Source: Rhizodiscina lignyota | Lineage: Eukaryota | Direction: 5' to 3' | Length of the DNA stretch: 64,000 bases | Assembly (NCBI GenBank): GCA_010015805.1 | Contig: ML978121.1 | Location: forward strand, 3,286,001 to 3,350,000 | Part shown: positions 35,105 through 46,329 of the stretch, piece after piece | How positions within the stretch are numbered: the first letter of the stretch is position 1 | Layout of the letters: the number at the start of each line of letters is the position of its first letter | Translations under genes and position numbers: made by a program | Notes under the pieces: model-generated | Databases searched by the model: none | Told to the model about the DNA's origin: nothing | The model's input: the letters and a program-made list of their open reading frames with translations, nothing else

Positions 35105-37301
35105 ATGGGAGCGGTAGGTATTGCTCTGCCAGTAGCGTCTCTTGTAGTGCAATGCACACAGACAGCAAACGCGTGCAACGATGTCAAAGAGAGATACCAA
35201 TCCGCACCAACAACCGTTGTAAGCATTATCGCCGAATGCAATTCCATCCAGCCTTCACTTCCGGAGATCGAAAGCTTCGCGGAGCGAGCGCTTCCCTACC
35301 TGGATTCAGAACGCCAACAGCGATTTCAGTCTTCCGTGTGTAGCCTTTGCGAAGGCTGTATAACCGCTCTCACCTCGATCGACGAATGCTTGAAAGGTTC
35401 CGAAGAGATTTCTAGCAATGGCGGTATCATTATTCCACCGGTGCGTCGATTGAGTAGGAGGGGGAAAGGACGAACGGCATGGAACGAGAGAGAGCTTCTG
35501 GTGTTGCTAGACCGTCTTCGGGGCTATCAGACTAATCTCATATTGTCGCTCTCCCTGTTGAGGCTGTGAGATACCAAGAACTCTTGGGCTGGCTATGCTC
35601 ACGCTGATGGATCAACAGAGAATCAGATGAGAATCTTCGGCAGCTGATCGAAGTGCAAGGTAGCATGCTGGTCGCGATGCACTCGCGATTCATGCGATCC
35701 AACCTACACTCCTCGAGTCAGATGGATACCAATACAGAGCGTAAAGACGCCCGGAGATCGATATACGGAAACCGAAGCACATTGTCTCTTTTCGATGATG
35801 AAGCGATCACTGCTCATCTCGTGCGCACAAGAGCTGAAGACTCCTCGAGCGCTCCCGACTTGAGCGCCAGACTCTCTACCCTCGCCAATTCCAATGCGAA
35901 CAATTCCCAGACGAGCCTACATACAGGCCTGTATGTTGCTAACCCTTCTTGATTAAGCATCGACTCCACCCGCAGTAGCATCGTCTCCGAAACATCGTTC
36001 CTATTTGACGCCGAGGCTTTGAACTTGCGTGCATATCGAGCAGTGTTTCGGAAGCGAGTCAAGAAGCTGGTTGGTGCACCGGTAGGAAATATTCTGATGG
36101 CCGGTGTAGAGTCATTAGAATGGTGCTCGGATTGGACGGTCTCTGCATATTATGCAGCGCTTGACTATCTGGGCGACGTTGCTGCAGAGACGATTCTCGA
36201 CGCGGAAGACCAGTCCATTTATTACTCGATATTGGAAGATGACATTCCTGATCGCGTAAAATCCTCTGATCCAGCGCGGCCGTCGACCGCAATGTACGGA
36301 TCTCTTAATAGGCGACTTGACAATCATGGAGCGCCGTACCCTAAGGTACAAAATCGGGTTGTGCCGGTGGAAATAGCAATGATGATATCAATGGGCAGAA
36401 TGCCAACATTCAAAGGTGTTCCTAAAATCAAGTACGTAACCGTGAAATCACATCCGGTTAATTGTCCTGAAAAACTCATGACCGCAGATGTACCGTCATA
36501 GGCGAGGGCAGCTCTCCCAAAACAAGATTACTCTGGTCGTTCATACATGGCAAACCTCCGGAGGCTTATACCCCGAGGACATTCAAGGACTCTGCACTAA
36601 CAATTAGGTAAGGCGGTCCAATTTGCTTCACAACCGGAGCACACACCTACTAATCTCTTCACCAGGTTGAAGTCCACCAGAGAAGGGGACTGGTGGGAGG
36701 ATCGGCGGGTTCGGATGAGCCTGTTCGACACTTCTGGCCTGGAGGAATATGATAAGCTTCGCCGAATGCACTACGAAAACACTGATGTTTTCTTGATTGT
36801 GACTCCGGCCAATGCAACTCCGGCCGCCACGGCAACGACAGGTGCTAGAGGTCGGCATGCATCAATGGACAATGCGACGAAATGGGAGTATGATATTCGA
36901 AGCCGCTATTACAACACCCCGTACTTGATTGTTCGGGCCAAAGATCCAGCGAACGATCCAACGCAGCCATCATCGAGCGATGAAGGGAATAACAGAAAGA
37001 GCTCGGAATCCGAATCCCCTTGGAAAAATCCCGGACCTCTTTCTCTTGGAGCGGTCAAGATAGTACAATGTGATCTTGGAAGCGGCGAGGATATCATGAC
37101 AGTTTTTCGTGAGGTATGTATTTGAGGATAGCCGTCGCAGTGATTTTGCTACTCACTTCCACATCGCAGGCCATTGTAGCGGCCTTGAACTTCAAAGCTG
37201 ATAAGGCATCTGTGAGAAGCATGCTGAGGAACGTAAGGCAAAGCAGAATGCTACGTCAGCTGATTCAAGGCCGAAGAATCATCGAGACAGATGAGGGTTG
37301 A
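35105..37301 (+). CDS. HeLo-like/fungal STAND N-terminal domain fused to a degenerate Cdc42-like GTPase domain (about 648 aa if fully spliced)
   Basis: Exons 35105-35565, 35619-35930, 35958-36431, 36488-36607, 36666-37113 and 37170-37301 join in frame. The C-terminal part reads IKCTVIGEGSSPKTRLL...YTPRTF...SLFDTSGLEEYDKLRRMHYENTDVFLI...LGAVKIVQC...VFREAIVAAL. The second intron is abnormally short (27 nt). Confidence 0.8.
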
Positions 37302-37812
37302 CATTGCAGACCGAAAGGCAAACTTCGTACGGAGTACTCCTGGATATTTCGGTGTCGTCGAAATTCAAAAGGTTGGGAACATCGCTGCGCGTTGAACTAA
37401 GAGATGGAGTACACTTGAACAGCAACAGTAATGAGAAGAGATTTGATGGAAAGATCTTTACAATAGTTCGGTGGATTTGACATCAATTTCTTTCTACTTC
37501 TTTCTGCCTATTATAGCTTAAGCATAGCAGATTGACCAACGAATTGAAACAAGAAGAGCAACTAAGGCTGAAATTTCATAAGCATATTAAATCAGTTAAG
37601 GTGCTTAGACTTCTTTATGAATCTTCTTGGTGATGTTCAAGGTGGTACCTTGAGAGGTTTTTGAGGCGTCGATTTGAAGGAAGTGTTGGGACGGCGCCGA
37701 AGATTATCCGGCGCCAAGTCTTGAAATAAAACACCACACTTAGATTAGTACGTAATAAATTTGTTACCATAAGGCTGAAGGCGGTGAGTGAAAAGTTCTG
37801 CCGGCCGTCTCC

Positions 37813-37823
37813 AAAATTTCCAT
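37813..37823 (+). promoter_or_regulatory. RRPE-like motif (AAAATTTCCAT) upstream of RLP24
   Basis: About 74 nt upstream of ATG 37897; identical 11-mer to the RRB1 upstream motif. Confidence 0.55.
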
Positions 37824-37896
37824 AGTCGGCACCAAAGTTGTTCGGTAGTCATCACCGCTGTTCTTCAAGTCGCCCATACGGCGCAGGCAAATCGCA

Positions 37897-38607
37897 ATGA
37901 GGTCTGTTGTACACGACTGCGTTACTTTCACTTGAAGCTGATATCCTACAGGATCGAGACTTGTACCTTCTGTTCTCGCCCAGTCTACCCCTCCAAAGGT
38001 ACGCGATATCCCTCGAAGCATGCTTCAGATCAGCAATTTAACCAGTGATGTCTTTTCAGGTATCACATTCGTCCGCAACGACGCGAAACTCTTCCGCTTC
38101 TGCCGCTCGAAATGCCACAAGAACTTCAAGATGCACCGCAACCCGCGCAAGCTCGGCTGGACGAAGGCGTTCAGGCGCGCGCATGGCAAGGAAATGGTCG
38201 TCGACTCCACACTGCAGTTCGCGGCGCGGCGCAACGTGCCCGTGCGATACGATCGTGACAGGGTGGCCACGACGCTCAAGGCGATGCAGAGAGTTGCGGA
38301 GATTAGATCGAAGAGGGAGAGGCAGTTCTACAAGGAGCGCATGAAGGGTAACAAAGAGAAACAGCGGGCAGCGAATCGCAAGTTGGTGGAGGAGAATCAG
38401 CACCTGTTGCCTCCGGAGGAGAGAGATGTTGTACCGGAGCATATCTTGGCACAGCAGGAGCTCGAGGCGGCGAAGATGGATGCAGAGGTCGATGTCCAGG
38501 AGGAGGAGGAGCAGCTTGTGGAGAAGAGGCCGAAGAGCATACTGAAGCAAAAGAAGCAACGGCTAATTGTTGGCCATGGGCCGGAGAATATGGACGTGGA
38601 CGAGTGA
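37897..38607 (+). CDS. RLP24: Ribosome biogenesis protein Rlp24
   Basis: [54 protein letters not shown]; two introns (about 37902-37951 and 37999-38059). Confidence 0.96.
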
Positions 38608-39782
38608 ACGAAATCTGGCTTGCGAGCATTTGCATGGGCAATTAGAGTATTGCATGGCGTTTGGCGCTCGACAATATCCTTCAATCATGGCGAAGAGCTA
38701 CGGTTCTCTAGGAACCCCTCTTGAAATTTCTCGGCAGCATAGAGCGCTCAGGTCCCAGTAGGTCCGCTGCTAAGCTGTATGGTCTAGTTCACGAATGGGA
38801 TATTCGCAATGCACACCGGGCTCAGGAACGCAGTAGATGGCCCTGGGCTCTCAGATCAACGGGTCCCAAGTGTAACACATGAACAAAGAAACTAAATATC
38901 GGAAGACCATCAGATGATCGCAAAAGAAGTCAAGAATGCGATCTTGCGCTAGCCACATATCTCAGTGCTACAGTAGTTACATGTGACGCAGGCACGGTGC
39001 ATTCGATGACCGTGGCTGTGCCAAAAATTGCGACTTCAAAGTCCTGAAACGTTCACCACCAACTCCTCACTTGCCGGAAACCAGACCAGATGCGGGCGGG
39101 TAAGAGCGGGCACCCATCCTGTTGGTATGCGCTGTAATCAGAATGAGATGTCATCGTTGGTTCCTGGAATCAGCTTCTTCTTGCGAACCCGAATGGCCTC
39201 AGGGTCAGGCTTCCTGGTGAAGCACCATCTTAAAATTTGATAATGTGAAGCCTATGAATGTGTCTCAAGAACGATAGATCCGCAATTTATTGTTTTGCTC
39301 TCCTGTCATCTCTTTTGATTCATCCCCTCGCGTTTCTTGGAGAATGCTCGTCCAATTGGACAGCCTTACAAACCCAACCACCCCACGGCTTCATCATGCA
39401 TAAGCTGCGCCCCTGCCTCGCCAAATATAAGCTGACAGTAGTCAGGTTCGACGAAACGAGCACTCCAGACGCATTCTACTGTAGGTATGTGTATCATTAG
39501 TATGGCACTAAACCAGGCATGGCATTCCCTCTCGACCAGTTAATCCAGAGGCATTCCAGCCCTTGCAGCTGAGACGCCCTTGAAGCCTAATCCCAAGGCC
39601 ATAAGATGCTCGCGGTCGGGACGATCTGGAGACTTTTTGGAGGCCACAAGCTCACAGCTCACCATCATGCGAATGGAAAGGGTTCCTTTCACACGCACGA
39701 CACGTTGATGATCGACAAAGCTGATTATTTGAACAATATCTCATAACATCTAAATCTCTATCATACGATTCTCTCCTTCAAT

Positions 39783-40358
39783 ATGGAATCTTTCTTTTCG
39801 TCACCAGTCTACTATCCTCTCCCTTCTCGTACCCTCTCCACCATCAACACCGCTTCTCGCTCCTCCACTTCGAGTCAAACGGAGACAGAACCCCTGATGG
39901 CCCACGCCCCAGACTTCGCTTACACCGACGGCGAATTTGCTTCCGTGGCATGTCTGGCGGACATTGACAACGCTATCATAACCACTGCCAGCCCATATGC
40001 ACGACGGCAATCCTCACGATCTCTTCCTCCATCATATGACGACCCATACGACGAACTTGATTTAGAGCAGAAGTCTAAGCACACACTGCCACGGCTCAGA
40101 TCGAGAGGATGGTACCAAAGAACACTATGGCACCTGTCGAACAAGCCGATGGAATCTTGGATGGCTTTTGCAGCGGTGATGTTGGCGCTGGTCGCGCTGG
40201 TCGCGCTGATCTTTTTGGTGTTCGTGTTGGCGATGCAGTCGACGGGACATATGGGTGCCGTCTACAAGTCTGTAGACAGGAGCATCACTTCTTTCCACAG
40301 TGGTGTCATGAATGTGATGTGCGTACTAGCGGGACCGGACTGTCCAACCGAGCTATGA
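39783..40358 (+). CDS. Hypothetical single-pass membrane protein
   Basis: 191-aa ORF with a Ser-rich N-terminus, a PPSY motif and one long hydrophobic helix. Confidence 0.6.
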   Translation: MESFFSSPVYYPLPSRTLSTINTASRSSTSSQTETEPLMAHAPDFAYTDGEFASVACLADIDNAIITTASPYARRQSSRSLPPSYDDPYDELDLEQKSKHTLPRLRSRGWYQRTLWHLSNKPMESWMAFAAVMLALVALVALIFLVFVLAMQSTGHMGAVYKSVDRSITSFHSGVMNVMCVLAGPDCPTEL

Positions 40359-40638
40359 TGTGTCGGGTTATGACCGCATGAGATGATTGTTATGCACCTG
40401 GGATCCTTTCGGCGTTTGCTGGACGGTGTCGAGCATGGATTTATTAGATACCAGAAGTTTTATTGTAGCATCTCTCGATATGGCTTCAATCGATTCCCGA
40501 TAACGAAAATTGAACCGACTTTGGTCTTCGTAGTCCGTGTCTGCTGAACGGTCGTATAGTGCTGCTCAGGTTGAAGTGCTTCTTCTGTATTTCCATTTCA
40601 CGCAGAAGGAGTTGCTCTTTGTCTTTCCGGCCATATAG

Positions 40639-41778
40639 TCATTCAACCGCAGGCGGCTCCGTCAATTTCAATTCGCCAGCGTCCGCGGTATCTTTGCCAG
40701 CCCAGATATCCTTTGTGAATCTGACGGTCTTGGTGAAGATTTGTCTCCTTGTGCGCTTCTCTTCCTCATTCAACCAGCTCTCTGGCATCTGGGTCCAACC
40801 ATGCTTCATGTCCGGGTATCGTTCAACTTTCAAATCATCTCCACGTCCACCGTCTTGAACTTTCTTAACCCACGTCTCGCTTTGTTCGGCAAGCGAGTCC
40901 AGACCAGACAGCACGAGGAGCATGCGTGCCTTCGCGTGCAAGCCCTCAAGATCTGCGAGACCAGGAGAGGCACGAGGCTCAGCAGCCTTATTGCGTGGGA
41001 GGTATGTTGGGGCGAGGAGATCCGAAAGCTCGGAAAAGAAGCCGTGCGACATGTGAAGCCCAACTGGACAAGTTCGTTCGGACGGGAGCTGGCGCGCGTC
41101 GAGAGAAGGGTAGTAGAGAAGGAGCGGTACTCTCGCCGGAAAGTCATTTGGAATAGCACTCGGCCAGGCAGGACTGTTTTCCGTTTTGCCAATCGAGAGC
41201 GCCATATTGAGCGCCAAATTGCCTCCGCTGCTGAATCCTGAGATTGCTATACGTTGCCGGTCAAGTCGTACCTTCATGGGTATCTCGACTGTGCCATCTG
41301 TGTGCTTGTAATTCTCCTTGACTTTCGCTGCCACCGCGTCGCGTAGCACATGATACCCCTTGAAGGTCTCGTCGAGGACGGACCGGAGCACGTCTTCGGC
41401 GTCCTCGATGGCGGCGGGGTACTTTTCGATAGGACCAAGACGGTAATCGACGGTGATGACTGCGGCGCGGAGCTCTCTTGCCATCTTCGCGCAGAAAGGT
41501 GCTTGTTCGAGAGTCGAGCCTAGATAGAAGCCGCCGCCGTGAAAGTCGATGACCACGGGGAGGCTAGAGGCCTCGTCAGGGGTCAAGTCGGTCGGAACGA
41601 AGACGTAGTTGGGAATCAGAGCCTTTCCACGAGATGGTAGGCTCAGCATGAACGGATGAGGGCCTTCGGGGGAGGTCAAGTGGATGATCTGAGATGGGAC
41701 GTATCGTGGAAGCTTAACCAGGGCGGAGCGCCAGAGGACGCCGAAAGGTTCTGAGAAGACGCTGTTGTCTGTCGACAT
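40639..41778 (-). CDS. Alpha/beta hydrolase fold-3 (HSL-like esterase)
   Basis: DFHGGGF, VDYRLGP..YPAAIED, nucleophile elbow GFSSGG, LDSL acid, HGW histidine. Confidence 0.92.
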   Translation of the reverse strand: MSTDNSVFSEPFGVLWRSALVKLPRYVPSQIIHLTSPEGPHPFMLSLPSRGKALIPNYVFVPTDLTPDEASSLPVVIDFHGGGFYLGSTLEQAPFCAKMARELRAAVITVDYRLGPIEKYPAAIEDAEDVLRSVLDETFKGYHVLRDAVAAKVKENYKHTDGTVEIPMKVRLDRQRIAISGFSSGGNLALNMALSIGKTENSPAWPSAIPNDFPARVPLLLYYPSLDARQLPSERTCPVGLHMSHGFFSELSDLLAPTYLPRNKAAEPRASPGLADLEGLHAKARMLLVLSGLDSLAEQSETWVKKVQDGGRGDDLKVERYPDMKHGWTQMPESWLNEEEKRTRRQIFTKTVRFTKDIWAGKDTADAGELKLTEPPAVE

Positions 41779-44770
41779 TTTGGCGTTGAAGGTAGAGTAA
41801 GTCAGTTGTTTGATTTCTGGTCTTCATCGTGAGAGCAATTGGAGGGTGATGGGGATTATAAGCTATATTTCCACGTTTCCAGCGAGACGCGTCGGTGGGG
41901 GTTTCCTCAAATGGAAGAGCGAAGGATGCCACAATGCGATGCGGGAGAAAGTTCGGTCCCATGTCGCTCGCATCCGAAAGCCAATGACAGCGTGGGCGAC
42001 GTCATGGAGTGCCATCTCCGGCAAGCGACGATGCACTGCGCCTCCGCAAAACTTTCGCTTTGAGAGTCTCTGGGTGCGAAACATTCAAATCTCACACGCC
42101 ACACCTTAGCTGAATGGTCCGTGATCATCGCGTATCTGCTTTTATTCTGCAAAACGGCCATGAACGACCATCTCAGAGCGCGACCTTCTAGTTCTTCTTC
42201 TGTATCTGGCGCATTTCACGACCCGATTCCCGGGGATAAGGGAGAGAGATAGTGCACTTCGGATGCACCCATCTCGCGCGAGAGACTGCATACTATCAGA
42301 AAGAAATGCTCGAGTTTTTCCGCAAATCTGCATAGGAGGACGTTGCGAACTCAGCGCGCAATGTGACCGCGGAATCCAAATCAGTAGCCGCCCTCGCAAG
42401 CAGGTGGTGAGGGCTGGAGCTCAGATTACAAACCTTCCATGTGTTGGGATGTCTTACTAAAGTGTATTCCTAACATTCAGTTCGTATTAAGATACATCCC
42501 TATAATTTCATTTTCTCTTCTGCGCAGCCTCCTGTTCAACTTTGCTTCATGTCTATGTCGCTTAGATGATATTTGACCGTCTGTTACGGTCGGCTTCGAC
42601 TCCTTCCGGGGGGCGGACCATTAGTGGACCAAAGTTGTGTGGCTATCCTTTCGTATGTACTGTAGCTTACTTGTATTGCGTGGACTTGCCCCTGGAAGTA
42701 TGGAACCGACCACTCGGCGACGCCCGAATACGATGTTTACTCGATGTTCGATTTTTGAGCGCGAAAAGAGGACTCGACGTCTAAAATAAGTCGCATACCG
42801 CTAACTAGAGCATACGCATTTCATACGACAACGTACTAGCTTAACTGAGTCTCAACGTCGAAGCAAAAAGTGATCCGAGCAATTCTTGCTGGATCAACGG
42901 TGAGAGCAGCCCGCGGTCTCAGATTGGAATCGAAAAGCATCGACCGGGCCGCATGGAGCTTGGTCAAAATGCTGCGCAGGGCGGACAAATGTTTGGGAGT
43001 TAGAAGTCTTTCGAAGAAGTCTAAGATTTCTCTTCCATTACTCCTGAGAGAATATTCATCCAGCAGGCAATAGCAATGTTCCTCGGCTCTTCCTTGACAA
43101 TAGTCGAGGTTCGAAAGTCTATGTTGCTATCCCAAAGCGAGCGTCGACAGGCTTTTAGAACCCCTTAGCTTGTCCAGTGGATGCGTTATAAAGGCGATAA
43201 CTGGTGCCATAGAAGCCATGTTTGTATGGCCTTCCTCTCAGCGCCCCATGTTGCTCGAGCCTTTGCCGCGGCACGGTCGAAACAGCTGAAAAGAGGATAT
43301 GGAACTTCGGAGGTAGTTGCGTAGGAAACCAGAATAGCCGGAATGATGCTAATATGTCGTTGATGCCATTTATGTTTGAGCCAAAAGTTCAGAATACGAC
43401 TAGACTTTAGGTTTTACTCAGAGGGTAAAAAGCAATTGCAAAAACCGGTAGACAAGAGAAAAGGGCGCCGAGTCAACAAAAAAGTAGCGACTGGAAGTCT
43501 CCGAGAGCTCAAGGCTCGACCAGAGGATGACTACAGCAAAGTGTTCGGTCAAAGTTTGATCTTCTAAATTTAAAAAAGGCTTATGCAAATGGAGTTCCAG
43601 TAGCGGGTGTTTGATAAAAGAGTAACATTCCTCCATCAAGCCTAGGCGCATGGTGTTGAGCTGCGCATTTGAAAGCTGAGTCTAGATTCTGAGCACTGCA
43701 AGTCTGCAAACACAGTTGTGGCCGCTGTTGAGTTAGTGGAAGCTGGCCAACCACACGAACGAGTGAACCAATTTCGTGGTAGCCAACCAAGTCAATCTAG
43801 CCACCGCACATCTTCGCTGGGAAGAGATTGATGACTGGGCATGGCGAGGAGAAAGAAAGATGCAGGCGAGAAAGCGTGGCGAAAGGAGACGGAGGTTTTC
43901 GTACTTGTATCGTAGCCTGGTAAATATTCGGTAAATTCTAAGCGCATCCCGAGAAAGGGCCGAAATGAATCGAAAAGGAGACGATATGTCACTACGTGCT
44001 AGCAACAACGTACATCCTCTTCGAAACTATGGAACTCCTCGGCCTTTCACGGTCATCACAGCAGTTGATAGTCTCAGTCAGCAAGGAGAACAAGTTAGGG
44101 ACAAAAGATGCGGGGACGCAAAAACTTCGCCATCGCAATGATTTCGAGCCTGCCACGAATCGCTTTCAGCATTTATAGCGATTCTCTATGTAAAATTTCT
44201 GAAGTGGTTCCGAATTAAGCTATCAAGGTGACAAAGCACCAGGTCGACTGTGCTCATATCTCGTTACGAAAACTGACGGTCATCGGTAGGACAGCAATAG
44301 CATGGCCACCAGTTGTACATCAGAAAAGCCCATATCTGAAAACTCCAACGATATAGAAGGTCTCGGAGTTTATCACATGTGGAGTAGCACTTTAGGAACG
44401 TCTCTACGTATTTCCAAATGATGGACTGCGAAGCAGAGGAGCATTCCAAGGATGGCGGAAAGACGGGACGGTCGCGGGCTTGAGCCACAAGGTTGTTTGA
44501 GAACGCCACGCAGCAGCCTGTTGTGGTCTCGATATGCATCCTCGGCCCGTGGTAGGACCCATTGGCGACGAAGATCGAAAATCATGCATCTCCTGCAATG
44601 CACAGCACAGCATCCTTGCAGCCGCAACGAGGAGATAGGAACCCTGCCGATGCGGCTCTGCGGACGCTCAGCTGAGGCCTCAGGCAGCATAAAAAGGCTG
44701 ACAGGTGGTGGCGATTGCGATGCAGATCGTACACGCTTTCCTCGTATAGCGAGGCATCTCAGAATACGAT

Positions 44771-46329
44771 ATGGCCAACATTGCTATCGCCGCTGCTCCG
44801 TCAAACTTAGTAACCCCTGCATCATCCCACCAGACGTTGGGTGGCTTGCGCAAGAGGTACTTGGAAGACGCGCGTCATGCTATTGGACGCGACGAGGCCC
44901 CAAAGTCCAAACGAACAGCTATAGAGACGACCCCAGGCCCTGATATCCAATGGAACCCATCTTTTGAGACGTATCAGGCGCGAGTGGAAGCTCTATCGAA
45001 GCTGGATATCGAGCGACCAACCACTTTGCCAGGTGGATTCCCGGAATCTATAGAATCGTCACGTGTGTGGACAGGTGCAGACTTTGGAGACGAGGCAAAG
45101 TTCGTAATGCGTCTTGATGAAGCGCAAGTACTTGAGATCGACAGAGCATTGTCGTACTTCAAAAGTACTTTGAAAAGAGTAATTGTGGATAGTACTAGGC
45201 TGATTTGTCTGAACAGCTCGGCGACCAAGATTGGGTCTAGATGAAGTGTCGCGGCAAATGTTCCCATTACCAACGCTCAAACTCAAACTCAAGAACATTA
45301 GCAGAAATCTCCACTTCGGTATTGGATTTTCGGTGATTCGCGGTCTTGATCCGCGAAGATACTCCGCTTTCGACAATGTAATCATCTATTTGGGCATCAC
45401 ATCTTACGTTGCTGAGCAGAGAGGCTGTCAGGACTCGGAAGGCAACATGTTGAGTAAGCTTTGATGCGCTTATACACAAGCAAAAAGTGATGATTTCTGA
45501 CCTATCACAAGTTCACATCAAAGATCTGGGAGACGAAAGACCAAACTCTGAGTTGCGACAGGCTCCCTATGCACGCAATGCACAGGTGCGGAGATTGGGA
45601 AAGAGAGAAAGGTGCTCTTGAGCTAATACTCTGCAGCCTTTTCACACTGACGTGTGCGATATCCTCGCCATGTATGTCCAGAATCAAGCTCCAGAGGGAG
45701 GCGAAAGCCATCTTGCATCCTGCGGGAAGATCTACAACGACATCGCCCGCACCAGACCGGATGTTATTCATACACTAGCGGAGCCCAACTGGATCTTTGA
45801 CAAGTAATCTTTCGCGTCGAGAACCATCTTCCAAGAATGAAAGGCTGACAGAAGTTCAAGACACCAAAAACCAGCGTATTGGAATAGAAGACAGTTACTT
45901 TTCAATTTCAAAGACCATGGACCTGGTTTTTGCTTCTCCCGACGACCTATCACAGGGTCCCCAGCGTCTCCACGAAGTCCTGGAGTGCCGCCGATGACCG
46001 AAGTGCAAGCCGAAGCTCTTGATATGGTGCACTTCACCGCAGTCGAGCATAAGTTGACAATGCAGTTGCAACGTGGAGATATCCAACTCATCAATAACCT
46101 TGCCGTTTTCCATGCCCGCAGTGGATTTAGGGACACGCCGATGCAGAAGCGGCACATCATGCGCTTGTGGCTGCGAAACGAGGAATTGGCCTGGCAGACA
46201 CCCGAAGGCTTGCAAAGGACGTGGTTCGAGAAGTACGGTGACTCGGAGCGCAGGAAGATTGCCAAATGGAATGCATACGCGGGGGCGACGCGGGAGAGGA
46301 TCCTGTCCCGAAGCCACAGTTGCTCATAA
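44771..46329 (+). CDS. TauD/clavaminate-synthase-like Fe(II)/2-oxoglutarate dioxygenase
   Basis: LPGGFP....VWTG, LHFGIGFSVIRGL, FHTDVCDIL (HxD, from 45640), GGESHLAS, LQRGDIQLINNLAVFHARSGF..RHIMRLWLR; about four short introns. Confidence 0.9.

Noticed and set aside
36430..37301. Calling this region the organism's functional CDC42 or RAC gene
   Set aside because: The P-loop, switch I, Q61 and G4 residues are altered, CAAX is absent, and the domain is spliced in frame to a long upstream region.
41800..44760. Short ORFs in the 3-kb region between the esterase and TauD
   Set aside because: No consistent frame, splice pattern or motif; treated as divergent intergenic DNA.
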